Of a DNA stretch of 46,856 nucleotides, positions 33,088 through 45,133 are shown in pieces (the first letter of the stretch is position 1; each line of letters opens with the position of its first letter). Under the pieces are notes generated by a model, which worked only from the letters and a program-made list of their open reading frames with translations, ran no database searches and was not told the origin of the DNA. Source of the DNA: Dimorphilus gyrociliatus (taxonomy: Eukaryota; Animalia; Annelida); the NCBI GenBank assembly GCA_904063045.1, contig CAJFCJ010000086.1:1-46856 (forward strand). The letters run 5' to 3'. The position numbers were made by a program, and so were the translations under genes.

Positions 33088-35091
33088 CTAAGGTATATAT
33101 TCTACAAAATCACCTCTTATCTTTAAATAACCTCTCTTTTCTAAAACTTTTAGTCTTTTATCTTTACCTTCAACTAATAATTCATTAATTTTAATATATT
33201 TTCTTCTTTTTAATATATACATTATTTTGGCATCAATTGAATCTGAATTATCACTTTTTATTAAAACTTTCTTTGTATTTTTTTTGTTAAAAATAGGAAT
33301 TAAATTATAAAACTGATTTAAATTTTTATTTTCTATAAATTCATTAATAAATATAGAAAGTGGATGAAAATGATTTAAGAGTACATTCAAGCTCTTATTA
33401 TCATTTATAGATTTATTTATAGATTCTCTATTATTATTATCATTTATAGATTTATTTATAAATTCTTTATTTTTATTTGTATTGTGAATACAATGATAAC
33501 TTAAAAATAATTTATAAATTCTTTTATAGTCATAAAAATCACCTTGTAAATTTAAATCTTTAGTTTTTATTTTTTTAATTCTAAATCTTATTTTTTTAAT
33601 AAAATCATCCCAATTTTCAATAATTAAATTTAAAATATTAAATTGAATTAAAGTAATTCTTAGTTTAATATTATTAAAATAAATTAAACAATTACTAATC
33701 GTATCAATAAATCTTAATTTTTTATTATTTTTTATATTTTTTTTATCAAAATAATCAATTTTATAACTTTTTTGTATTTTTTTAATTTCATTTGGAATTT
33801 CAAAATTAATTTCTTCAAAGTTAATTGAATTACAAGAAGAGAGTACTGTAATTTCATAGTTTTCTATTATTTCTCTATTGTAATTAATAATTTGTTTACA
33901 TCTTCTAAATGTAATATTATTAAATTTATTAATTAACCAATTTTCTTTATTTTTATCAATTCTATCAGAAATTAATCTATTAATTAAATTGAATCTATAA
34001 TTTTCTTCAAAAAAATTTAAATTTTTAAAAGAATTAACTAAAAAATTCAAATCCAAATACTTATCACTCATACTATTTATGTTATTTATATTATTATTTA
34101 TGTTATTTATATTATTTATGTTATTTATATTATTATTATTTATATTATCACTCATATTGATATCATCATTTATGTTACTTATATTATTTATATGGTTGTT
34201 GATATGATAATCATATAAATCTATAAAATTAGGTATAAAATTTATTATTATTTCTTCATTCTCTTGTAAAAGATCTTTTAATACTTTTCTACTCTCTTCA
34301 AATACTTTATAATTAAAAATATTATAAATATTAAATTTTTGTTTAGAATAGTATTCTCTATAAACTTCAGTTAGGTTAAATTCTGCTGTTTTATAAAATC
34401 TTCTAAATAAATCTTCTTCTTCTGTGTTTATGTAATCATTTGAATTTATTTTTTTTAAATAAAAATTTAAAAATTCTTTTTCAATTTCTATAAATTGAAT
34501 TCCTGGTTTTCTATATTTATTTAAAATTTCATCAATTGTTTGTAAATTCTTATACTTATTATTTATATTAATTTCTCTTGTATTATCATCATTTTCTATT
34601 GTATTTGTAGTATTAATTCCTTTTGTATTTGTAGTATTCGCTTCTGTTCTTTCAATTCTCTCATAATACAATCTTTTTAAATAAATTATACTTCTTTCTT
34701 TAAACACAGAAAATACACTTGTGTTTAACTTTGGATTCTTTTGTAATACTTTGAATATCTCTGCTAAATTTTTAGTTTTTAAATTCACTCCTTGAAATGT
34801 TGTTTTGTTATTTGTTAAAAAGTTTCTAAAAATTGATTTCATTCTTTGTGATATTTTCTTTCTAGACATTTTTATAAAAACTGGGGAAATCACTCTTTTT
34901 AACTTATAAGTTGTTTTTTTATAGTTCTTGTAAATTCTTGGTAGATTTTCTACTTCTATTTTGCCTTCTAAAGATTCTTTTAGTTGACTTAAAAGATCAT
35001 CTATGAATGTTTTATAAGTTTTAAGTAGTATTGATTTGTTAAGATTCTTTTGTATAAGGATAGGTTCCATTGTTAAACATTCATGTTTCAT
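33088..35091 (-). CDS. Divergent cullin-like protein, mirror copy, 667 aa (+6 aa in the Asn-rich tract)
   Basis: Same protein as 22813..24798 except for an in-frame 18-bp expansion. Confidence 0.65.
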   Translation of the reverse strand: MKHECLTMEPILIQKNLNKSILLKTYKTFIDDLLSQLKESLEGKIEVENLPRIYKNYKKTTYKLKRVISPVFIKMSRKKISQRMKSIFRNFLTNNKTTFQGVNLKTKNLAEIFKVLQKNPKLNTSVFSVFKERSIIYLKRLYYERIERTEANTTNTKGINTTNTIENDDNTREININNKYKNLQTIDEILNKYRKPGIQFIEIEKEFLNFYLKKINSNDYINTEEEDLFRRFYKTAEFNLTEVYREYYSKQKFNIYNIFNYKVFEESRKVLKDLLQENEEIIINFIPNFIDLYDYHINNHINNISNINDDINMSDNINNNNINNINNINNINNNINNINSMSDKYLDLNFLVNSFKNLNFFEENYRFNLINRLISDRIDKNKENWLINKFNNITFRRCKQIINYNREIIENYEITVLSSCNSINFEEINFEIPNEIKKIQKSYKIDYFDKKNIKNNKKLRFIDTISNCLIYFNNIKLRITLIQFNILNLIIENWDDFIKKIRFRIKKIKTKDLNLQGDFYDYKRIYKLFLSYHCIHNTNKNKEFINKSINDNNNRESINKSINDNKSLNVLLNHFHPLSIFINEFIENKNLNQFYNLIPIFNKKNTKKVLIKSDNSDSIDAKIMYILKRRKYIKINELLVEGKDKRLKVLEKRGYLKIRGDFVEYIP

Positions 35092-35103
35092 TTAGGGTCT
35101 TTA

Positions 35104-35460
35104 AATTCTCTTTTATTTTATTTTATTTTTTTTAAATTCTTGGATTTATGCATTATTTTTTTAAAAATTTATTTTATTTTATAAATTCTTGGATTTATGC
35201 ATTATTTTTTTAAAATTTATTTTTTTTTTAAATTCTCTTTTATTTTATTTTTTTTTAATTTATAGTTCTTTTGTTCATGCATAATTTTTTTAAATTCTCT
35301 TTTTTTTAATTTATAGCTCTTTTGTTCATGCATAATTTTTTTAAATTCTCTTTTTTTTAATTTATAGCTCTTTTGTTCATGCATAATTTTTTTAAATTTT
35401 TTTTTAAATTCTCTTTTTTAATTTATAACTCTTTTGTTTATGCATAATTTTTTTAAAAAT
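35104..35460. repeat. Mirror copy of the 51-bp ATGCAT tandem repeat region
   Basis: Reverse complement of 22441-22800 with small length differences. Confidence 0.9.
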
Positions 35461-35524
35461 TTATTTTTTTTAATTAATTAATATTTTTTAATTTATTTAT
35501 TAAATAAAATAATTGAACCCATCA

Positions 35525-36613
35525 ATGCAAACAGAAAACCAACAAATTGAAATACTAATATCAAATTTCAACTACGATGAACTCTTAAACATGGTTAAGT
35601 CTTCACCAGAACCACAACACAACTCTGATAAACTAATAAAAATACTACTACAAAGTCTTTTTGAAGAACAAAATTTAAAAAAGTCATCAAAAGATGAAAT
35701 TTTAGAATTTTTAAAAAAACTAAAAAAATATTTAAAAAAGCATAAAAGAAAATTTATTTGTAATGAAGTTAAAATAAAAATTTGTGAATTGTTAATGCTT
35801 AATAAGAACTATAGGAAATGTTTAAGAGTCACTAAAAAATTAGTAAAAAAATTAAAGAAGATTGATGATAAAATAAAGTTAATAACTTTGTATGTAATTG
35901 AAAGTAAGGTTTATTATTCTATTAAAAACAGTTCAAAAGCTAAAAGTGCATTGACAAGTGCGAGAGCATTAGCACTAGGTTTGTATAATCCTAAGATTAT
36001 GTCAGAGATAGATATGAGGAGTGGTATGTACTCTTGTGATGATAGAAGCTATTTGGCTGCAACTGCCTACTTTTTAGAAGCTCTAGACATCTCAAAAGAC
36101 TATAAAAATAATGAATATTTGAAATGTTTGAGTTACTTAATTTTATGTAAAATTATTTTAAAAAAATTTGAAGAAATTAATGGAATTTTTGAAAATAAAA
36201 ATTATAGAATTTGCATAAATGAAAAAATAATAGAATTTATGATGAAAATTAAAAAATCTTGTGAAAATAAAAATCTTAAAAGTTTTAATGAACTTTTAAG
36301 TGAGAATTATGAAATTTTAGATGACTTTTTAAAGAAACATTTAGAGTATTTATACGACTTAACCTTAAATGCTAACATTTTAAAAATAGTCAAACCTTAT
36401 TCACAACTTAAGATACAATTTATCGCAGATAAACTAAACTTTGATAAAAGCTTAGTAGAGAATAAGCTTAGGTTATTAATATTAGATGGTAAAATTCATG
36501 GAAATATAGATCAAAGCATGGAAGCTTTAATTATTAGTGAAAATGTCAAAGATGAAAATATTGTTGAAGCTAGACAGGTGGATAAATTGTTAGAATTTAC
36601 AGAAAATTTGTAA
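35525..36613 (+). CDS. RPN6: 26S proteasome regulatory subunit Rpn6 (PSMD11), 362 aa, intact
   Basis: SKAKSALTSARALALGLY-PKIMSEIDMRSG...YLAATAYFLEAL and KIVKPYSQLKIQFIADKL...VENKLRLLILDGKIHGNIDQ match Rpn6/PCI motifs. First ATG at 35525 follows CCC (the ORF track starts earlier at a TTG). Confidence 0.92.
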   Translation: MQTENQQIEILISNFNYDELLNMVKSSPEPQHNSDKLIKILLQSLFEEQNLKKSSKDEILEFLKKLKKYLKKHKRKFICNEVKIKICELLMLNKNYRKCLRVTKKLVKKLKKIDDKIKLITLYVIESKVYYSIKNSSKAKSALTSARALALGLYNPKIMSEIDMRSGMYSCDDRSYLAATAYFLEALDISKDYKNNEYLKCLSYLILCKIILKKFEEINGIFENKNYRICINEKIIEFMMKIKKSCENKNLKSFNELLSENYEILDDFLKKHLEYLYDLTLNANILKIVKPYSQLKIQFIADKLNFDKSLVENKLRLLILDGKIHGNIDQSMEALIISENVKDENIVEARQVDKLLEFTENL

Positions 36614-38505
36614 AAAAATTATTAAAAGTGTTTTTTTTAGATTCAATTTTGAAAATAAAATTGTTTTTTAAAAAAGCTTTAATATTGAAATTGTTTTATA
36701 AAATTGAATATAAATTTATATAATTTTTTTAAAAAATTTATCTTTTTATGATTCTCTGAAAAACAAATACTATAAAAAGAATGAATTTATATAATTGATA
36801 AAGTTTTATTGGATGTTTTATAATAAATGTTTGTTATTTTATTTTTTTTTATAATTTTTAGATATTTTGTGAAAAAAATTATAGGATTTAGAAAATTATA
36901 TTTAATAATTAATTAAAGGTATTTTATTTGTTAATGTAGCTTAAAACTATTTTTATTGATTTTAAATATTTAGACTTGAATTCTTCTATTGTATTATTCC
37001 ATAATTCGTTAGTTTACATATCTGATATAATCAGTGATTTTATGTACTTTTTCAATTTACTTTTACTAATAGTTCAAAAAAATAACATCTATAGGTTTAG
37101 ATATTGTGATCTTATGAAAAAGCTTATTTCCCCTATTTCATTTTTTTAAGTTGTTTTTTGACTTTAGACACGTGACAAAAGTATTGTCTTATTGAAAAAT
37201 AAATCTGCTAGATTAGCCTTTATCAATGCATTTTTAATATTAAGATAGTATAATTTGAAATGTTCTGGACATGGTTTCCTAGGCCTTTTAATACATACAT
37301 TCCCGTATATTAATTTCTCTTCAAAAGTATGGTTTGTTTAGATTAAATCGTTTTGGGTTTTAAACCTCTTATTATTTTATTCATAACAACTCCTTTCTAT
37401 CACATTCACATAGTAGGAATCTAAATTTATCCCCATATAACATTGTTTCATTAATATCTAGTCTTTACTCCCTTAATGGTTCCCGTATTGATTGATTAAT
37501 CTAGATAAATAATGTTTAGTACTGGAGCTTATTTAATGTTTTTCTTATAGTATTTGTAAAAACATTGACTGATATAAATTTTAACACCTATTTTGATGAC
37601 AAAAGTGAATTTTTTAAACGGTCCTTAATAAAATCTTTATAGATATACGAAAAAAGAGTTTCTTCTACTAGAATTCGGTATTCTTTCGATAATTCCTATT
37701 TATAACTTTTTGAGATGATATCTAGATTTTAGATTAAAAAACGCTGTCTTTTCGTTGCTATTACTAATAATGTTATTATTTCTCTAACTTTAATCTTAAA
37801 ACAGAATATTTTATTTCTTGTAACTAGTGCTTATCCAATATAAGAGGGGATTTTTATATAAACTTATACTAATATAGAATGAGAATTCAATTTATAGAAA
37901 TTTTGTATAAAACAAATATGTATTATATGATATTCAATAAACTCTTTTTAGTTATTTTAATCTTGGAAGCTTTTTTTTTAGAATACCTAACTTCACTTTC
38001 AATAGTGTAATAATAGAAAGAAAATTTTAAAATTTATATTTACTAAATTTTAGATTGGTTTCAACAAAGCTTAAGTTTATCAAAACATCTATTTATCTAA
38101 TATTTGTAAAACTTTTAGCTTTTTACATCTTAAGAAAAAAGATCTCCTTTTTGTAAATAAATATGACTTTAGTTGAAATAAAGCGTAAAATGATTTTCAA
38201 TAAATATTCTAATATTTAAATAATATGGAGGTTCTGGTGAAAAACAAGTTGTAAACTAATTTCCAAATTCCATGCTATTTAGGGAAGGTTGATCAAAAAT
38301 ATAACGTTACTAAAAATATATAAATGAGTGTTGATTGTTTATTGACTAGAGCCTATTTTTTTATATTTAATAAGAAAGGCTAATAGATTCAATATTGTAA
38401 GATGTTTTCTTATTTTATTAAGAGTTTTTATAACAATTTATCACTTTTAACAAACAGAGTAAAAACACGTGTTAACAAAATTTAAAAGAATTTATTTTTG
38501 TATCC

Positions 38506-39736
38506 ATGATTTCTTTCTTTAATTATATGATTAACTTTTTAATTGGTTATAACAAAGCGCATGTTTTTTCGAGAATTAAAGATATGAATTCGACGCTAGA
38601 GTTAAAACAAAAAGATTTCAGCAAAGTGAAGAAAAGCTTGTGGCCGATCTAAACATTAAGATGAAGTTTCTAAAAAAAGCATTAGACAATTACGAACTGA
38701 AAGAGCGACTTGGGAATAGAAGTGATGATATAATTTCTTTATATGATGAATATATTTTGTATTTAAGACTGAATATGTTTAGAGATGATTTATCTAGCTT
38801 CAAAAAGAGGTTATATGTATTAGTTCGAAAAATTAATAGTATGAAAGTTGATGAAGTCATTAAGAGTCTATCCGCTTTAAAAAATTCAATGAAATTTCAT
38901 TTATATACGGATCATATAAAAGAAGATGGTACAATAAGGAATGTTTTATATGATTTGAAGCAATTAAATGATGCATTGAGTATTAACATGTGTGATTATT
39001 GTAACAAGCATTTTACAGATGATACATTCAAGGTAATATTTTCGTGTAAACATAAATTCCATGCCAAGCCATGTATTTTAAATTTTAATCCTCTTTATTT
39101 TTCTACAGAAAATCCAGAAATTGAGTGTATAATTTGTAAGAATGATAAAATAGTGTCAAATGCCGTAAACTTAATATCACCAACAGGGTACATAGTGATG
39201 TTGAGCAATATATTGACGATATAGATATTATCCAGCATTTAACCCGCCTTTCACCTTCATCAAATACTTTAAGGAGATCATTACATATAATATCTATGAT
39301 TATAATTATTTAGGCCAACCATTATATGGATTTACTATTCATTTGGACTATAACGTTTATTTATTAGGTAGTTTAATCGTAGAAAATAAGCTAAGTCTTA
39401 CTATTTGTGATAAATTAATGACATCTTTTTTCCAGAAACAAAAACAATAAAATGTATTATTGAAAGAACAATGAAATCGATTGTGGATTACTCAGATTCA
39501 ACGGATGCTGATGTTGACCCACCTTTTAACATTAAAGAGCTCGACGGTCATAATATGGTAAGATTAAATGCGATAAAAGTTTCAGATAAACAGCAAATCA
39601 AGTATAAAAAAAATATATAAGAGCTTACAAGGATGGTGTAGAACATTATAAAAACTATTTAAATGGAAAAACAGAATATTATCCACTTAAAAATCTATTT
39701 TCAAGAGTATTTAATGCAAAGAGATCGACCTTTTGA
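38506..39736 (+). CDS. RING-H2 protein, mirror copy broken by several 1-bp deletions
   Basis: Mirror of 18146..19381; AACACGTGTT at 38464-38473; the indels look like consensus errors. Confidence 0.7.
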
Positions 39737-40640
39737 TTTTTTAATAATTGTCGGGATATCAGTAAATTTATATTATTTTTAAATTAAAGTGGTATTTCTC
39801 ATTTATACTAAATATCTATTTAAGTTTTTTTTATGAAATTGAACAATGACTTATAATTTTTATTAGCTCAAAAAAATAATCGGTTTATATGTTAAACAAC
39901 TAAACAGAAAACTTTAAACTATATTTTTGTTGAAAATAGCTTTAAATTGACTTTTTTGATTTTTTATTCATAAAACTTTTCTTAATTCGTCAGAATTGCG
40001 GGGCTAAACTAATAAAAAAATAGGTCAAAGTCGTGAAATTTATAGCAAACATTTATAATTTTCCCACATTTTATAAAAAGCCTATTAAATGAATTGATAA
40101 TAAACAAATATTTGAAATAAGCACCAAATTAAGGCATTAGAGATGAAATGAGGGGTTCACTAAAGTTCAAGGTTATTGCAGAACAGTATTCATTGTTTAT
40201 TTATAGTTTGCAATATATAAACTTAATTTAAGTTAGAAATAGTGATAATCCTAAAATAGAATTTTTTTAATATTAAATAAAGAATTTTATGTTTCCAAGA
40301 GTTTCGAAATAGAAATAATAGAAATGCTATTATTATACTCAATATATCCTAATAATTAAAGAGCGCTTTTAATTTATATATACAGTCAGATTATTGTTGT
40401 TACTTTTTGGTAACATTTTTTAGTTCCTTAAAATCACTCTATTTTATCATAAGTTTAGTTTTATATTAACTAAGACCATCAAAGGTGATTAAAAGTAACT
40501 TATTTATATAGAGGATGTATTTAACCAATAGGATATTGATTTAATAAAATCAACAAAAGGCACGAATAAAATCTAAAACTATTAAAAACTACATTAAATT
40601 ACATTTTCCATTAATAATTTTAATTAATTAGAAGATTAAA

Positions 40641-41678
40641 TCAATTACTATTAATTTCATGCGACTCTGAAATTATTCGTTCATTTTCTTTATTCAAACC
40701 AGACTTTATAACTTCGGTTTCTGGCTGTTTTTCATCATTTCGCTTAGTACTATTACAAGCTTCATCTTCTTTTAGTGTTTCATACTTATTATTAGTGTAA
40801 TACTTCGTAACTACTTCACCGTTTTCTTTGAACTCCCTATTAAAGTCCTCTAGCAATGGTTTGGTTTCTTCACTATTGTTAATTCCTTCTTCTAGATCTT
40901 CCTTTTGGTAATCATCATCACTAGAGCTACTATCTTGGTCTGTTTGCTTAGAAGTTCTTGATATATCTTTATCATCTGAAGATAGCTCTGTAGAATCAAC
41001 TGTATTAGATGAATATTCATCTTCGGAAGAGGGATTTATATCAACCTCCAATGAACTTAAAATCTCCTTTCCTATAGAATTTTTAGGTTCTTCGTTGAAT
41101 ATGGAATTACAATGGAAGTTCCGAATAACAATCTTACCTAACCTTAAATTTTTGACATGAATTGATTTAGAAGATTCATCAAACATCGAGTCATTTTCTG
41201 ATCTCAATTTAGACTTATTTTGCATAGTTTCTTTTAGTTTTCTAGTTTTTTTTTTAGAATCAATACTATCATCTTTTCTTTGTAAATGGTTTTCATTTAA
41301 AATCCATGGTTTATTATGAACAAAAGTATCTGGATCTGAAAGTTTGCTATCTAAATAATAAATAAAATTCTCTAACTCAGCATATTGTTCCTTTTTAAGC
41401 ATATTTAGCGTATCTTCTATTGCGGTAATTAAGAAACATTGTTTAATGATTATCTCTTCCTTTTCTAGGCTATTTGGGTTCAAAAACACTTTTTTATCAT
41501 AACTCATAAACTTTTCAATTAATTCCTGAGGATTAATTGAGGTATCCTCAACAAGTTGACTTCTTTCAATCAATTGTTCGCCTAGACTTTGTATTTTCTT
41601 ATTAATTAAACTGTGAAGCGACACTTCTACAGAGTCAGCTGAGAATACAGTGCTTAATAGATTAAACATGATTAGCAT
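40641..41678 (-). CDS. Hypothetical 345-aa secreted-type acidic protein, mirror copy
   Basis: Identical translation to 16198..17235. Confidence 0.85.
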   Translation of the reverse strand: MLIMFNLLSTVFSADSVEVSLHSLINKKIQSLGEQLIERSQLVEDTSINPQELIEKFMSYDKKVFLNPNSLEKEEIIIKQCFLITAIEDTLNMLKKEQYAELENFIYYLDSKLSDPDTFVHNKPWILNENHLQRKDDSIDSKKKTRKLKETMQNKSKLRSENDSMFDESSKSIHVKNLRLGKIVIRNFHCNSIFNEEPKNSIGKEILSSLEVDINPSSEDEYSSNTVDSTELSSDDKDISRTSKQTDQDSSSSDDDYQKEDLEEGINNSEETKPLLEDFNREFKENGEVVTKYYTNNKYETLKEDEACNSTKRNDEKQPETEVIKSGLNKENERIISESHEINSN

Positions 41679-41860
41679 GGGCTGCTATAAGTTTCTATAC
41701 TTTATACTTTTTCTGTAAAAGGACAATTTTGATTTTTATATCTCATCAAAATATACTTCAATCTTATAAATATTTGTTTAAAAAATAATTATTCTATTTT
41801 CAATTTAGCTAAATTACTAGAAACACTATTTAAATTAAAATATTATGTTATACATTTTTT

Positions 41861-42838
41861 GGCTGGAGTACCAATCTGTTCTACCCATTGGTGTGTGTCA
41901 AAAAAAAAAATTTAACCCTTGTAAAATGAATAATTTTTTGAATAATGAAACATTAAAAACCTTATTAAAGAGTTTATTGTCCCAAAATTCCCCAAGATAT
42001 TGTGAATTATGTAATGGTAGTGTATCTATTACACTAAAAAACAACCTTAACTTTACATATAAGTGTAAAACACGCTCATGTAGGAAGGAAAATGGTGTAT
42101 TTAAAAATACTATTTTTTATAGAACAAATTACCTGCTGTTTTTTAAAGTAATATGGTTATGGTTGCGTAATTATAACATAGATCAAATCATAGAGATATC
42201 AGGTTCAAATAAAAAAACCATACATAAATTTATTAAGTTATTTCTACCTAAAATGGAAAAATTTTATCTAAAAGCATTTGGGAAGATTGGAGGTGAAGGT
42301 GTTGTAATTGAAGCTGACGAATCTAAATTTGGGAGAACTAAGTACAATGTAGGTAGGACTGTAGAAGGTGTATGGGTGGTTGGTTTAGTAGAAAAAACGG
42401 AGCAAAGAAAAATCATACTAGTTCCAGTAGTTAAAAGGGACAGTATCACTATGAACACAATATTTGATGCATATGTCAAATCAGGATCTGTTGTAAATAC
42501 TGATCTTTGGAAAGGATACAGTAACATCAAAGAAAATTACAAACATTATACTGTTAATCATAAGCAGAACTATAAAGATCCTATAACAGGAGCTCACACA
42601 AACACAATTGAGGGGAATTGGAGGGCTATTAAAACTGAAGTACCTAATCATTGTAGAAAATTCACTGAGATTTTACCATACTTATCAAAGTTTATGATAA
42701 AAAGATGGTTTTCAGACAATTATTTCGAGGTTTTATTAAAATTTTTGATTTGTTAATTGTTTTTTTGTAAAAATAAACAAGGGTTAAATTTTTTTTTTTG
42801 ACACACACCAATGGGTAGAACAGATTGGTACTTTAGCC
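41861..42838 (+). mobile_element. Complete Merlin transposon (978 bp), present only in this arm
   Basis: 62-bp TIRs GGCT(GG/AA)AGTACCAATCTG... with 2 mismatches; perfect 8-bp TSD CATTTTTT (41853-41860 and 42839-42846); empty sites near 500 and 16020. Confidence 0.97.
41926..42756 (+). CDS. Merlin DDE transposase, 276 aa, intact
   Basis: Zn-ribbon CELC...CKTRSC; GGEGVVIEADESKFG, VNTDLWKGY, VNHKQNYKDPITGAHTNTIEGNW. First in-element ATG at 41926. Confidence 0.95.
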   Translation: MNNFLNNETLKTLLKSLLSQNSPRYCELCNGSVSITLKNNLNFTYKCKTRSCRKENGVFKNTIFYRTNYLLFFKVIWLWLRNYNIDQIIEISGSNKKTIHKFIKLFLPKMEKFYLKAFGKIGGEGVVIEADESKFGRTKYNVGRTVEGVWVVGLVEKTEQRKIILVPVVKRDSITMNTIFDAYVKSGSVVNTDLWKGYSNIKENYKHYTVNHKQNYKDPITGAHTNTIEGNWRAIKTEVPNHCRKFTEILPYLSKFMIKRWFSDNYFEVLLKFLIC

Positions 42839-43206
42839 CATTTTTTTGATAAATTATTCCCATTTGGTGGTTACACGTCAGTTTTTACTTATTTGACAAA
42901 AGACAAAAGTTTATAAGAAATAGTTATTGAATAATTTCCACTGAAACATTTATATCATAAAATTTACTTAAAAAATACAAGTTGAAAATAAATTCTATAA
43001 CCAAAGAGAATTAAAAATTAGTGAAGTATTTAGTTTTAAATACTATCTTATTTAAAATATAAGTATATCTCTTGCTTAACTGAATTAATGGCTAGACTAG
43101 CAATTTATGATAATATAACATAAATTTATAACAAGTTATAGCTTAAATTTAATTATGAATAGAAAATTAATAAAGGTTGACTTTGTGTCTTCTTTATATT
43201 ATTTAA

Positions 43207-45133
43207 TGTAGGGTCGAACAATACACCCCTCAAAGAATAAACGCGCCCTAGTTTTCTTATTAATTTACTACAAAAAAAACATTTTTTATTATTTTTGAAC
43301 TCTTTTTTGTTATTTTGGTAACGACAAATAAACACCCCTACCAAAATAGCACAAATCGCTTAGGGTGGGGATAAGTAAATCAATAGGATTTTTGATTTTT
43401 TTGTCAAAAAACAATGAACAAACGCCTCTACCAAATTACTACAAAAAATTCCTAATAATTAAATATAAAATTTTTCCTTAAATATTTTTAATTATTAATC
43501 AATAAATTTGTCAGGTAATCTTAAAAAATTACCTTATTTAAAAGTATTATATCAATACATTTTTCAATTCTTAAAACTATAACAATTTTAATTTATTATA
43601 TTTTTTTGTACATTTGTGATATATCATATATTTAATTGTTTGATACGATCTTTATAGTAAAAATATGTTTTAAAATTTTTGACATTTTTTTGTCCCATGC
43701 CAAAAATTCCTAATATTAATACTTCTACCGAAAAAGATCAATTAATTGCTTATTTAAGAAATACGATATACCTAATGGTCTTAGTAAATACCAAAAACGT
43801 ACATTTAAAACCAAAGCACAACAGTTTTTAATAAAAAACAATGAGTTATATTTAAAGAAAGGGCCAGAAATCAGAAAGTATATAAGCAGCTATGATGAAG
43901 AAGGAAGAAACACTATAATCTAACAATTTAATTTACCACGCCATGCTTGTTCTAGAAAAATAAAGCAGAATATAGAAGCCCACTATATTAATATTACAGA
44001 GTCTTATATAAAAAATTATATTTCATCATGTGAATGATGTCAGAAGTAGTCCCTATATCTAGTATGCGCCAATTAGACCTATAGTCGTATATAGTGTGTA
44101 TGAAAGATTACAAGCTGATATAATCGATTTATCTAGATATGCAGAGCTTAATGAAGGATATAAGTACATACTTAGTTTGATAGATTGTTTCTCAAAATAC
44201 GTATTCAGCTAAAAATTAAAAAATAAACAAGCTTCAACAGTATACAATATTTTTGCAAATATATTCAGAATTGAAGGACCATGGATTATACTACATACGG
44301 ATAATGGTCGTGAGTTTATAAATAATAATATGCATGATTATGTAGTAAATATAATATATCTCACATAACAGGTAGACCCAACATCCTCAATACCAGGGAG
44401 TAATAGAGAGGCTTAATAGAACCCTAAACTGAGGTTAAGGAAAGGATTAGAAGGAACAGAAAAATGGATTAACTTACATGATGATATTGTTTATCAATAT
44501 AATAATACAATACATAGCGCTACAACCTTCAAACCTTCGTGTTGTTCAGAGGAAAAGATCCAAACAATGTTAATTTGACAGATGGATGCTCTATAGTTAG
44601 CAAGAGATAGATCATAAATTATGTAGACGATACACTGAAGAACATAATAGACGAATTAGAGATAATAGAGAATTAAATATAGTAGATAAATGTATTCTTG
44701 GAAAGGATTTGTACAATATTAATACAAGACGTCATCCTTTAGTTTTATTATATTATAGTGAAATTTATACAGTTATTGATACTCTAATAACAATTTCACT
44801 ATTAAAGATGAATTAGAAAATCAAAAAATCGTAGACATAATAAGTCATATTAAAAATATTTATTGAAAAATTTTATATTAAATTAGTAGGAATTTTTTGT
44901 GGTAATTTGGTAGAGGCGTTTATTCGTTAATGTTTGACAAAAAAATCAAAAATCCTATTAATTTACTTATCCCGCCCTAAGCGATTTGTGCTATTTTGGT
45001 AGGGGCGTTTATTCGTCCTTACCAAAATAACAAAAAAGGGTTCAAAAATAATTAAAAAAAATTTTTTTTGTGGTAAATTAATAGGAAAACTAGGGGTGTT
45101 TATTCGTTGAGGGGTGTGTTATTCGTTCTAACA
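43207..45133 (+). mobile_element. Ginger-like integrase DNA transposon, copy 3 (variant sequence)
   Basis: TGT at 43207, ACA at 45133; same TIRs and 76-bp flanking repeats as copies 1 and 2. Confidence 0.75.

Noticed and set aside
3100-39736. Calling the frameshifted M48, Rpn6 and RING copies true pseudogenes
   Set aside because: The breaks are 1-bp indels, mostly in or next to homopolymers, each gene has an intact mirror copy, and errors increase toward the window ends, consistent with long-read consensus error.
8444-42530. Antisense or shadow ORFs (5868, 8444, 18603, 25187, 25195, 26565, 29047, 31124, 32397, 32500, 42264)
   Set aside because: They lie opposite better-supported genes or transposases and have no recognisable motifs.
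26370-42838. Bacterial IS1595/IS630 interpretation of the transposases
   Set aside because: They are embedded among eukaryote-specific genes (Rpn6, cullin-like, Pol III-type 5S) and carry the host CCC start motif; Merlin and Tc1 are the eukaryotic relatives.
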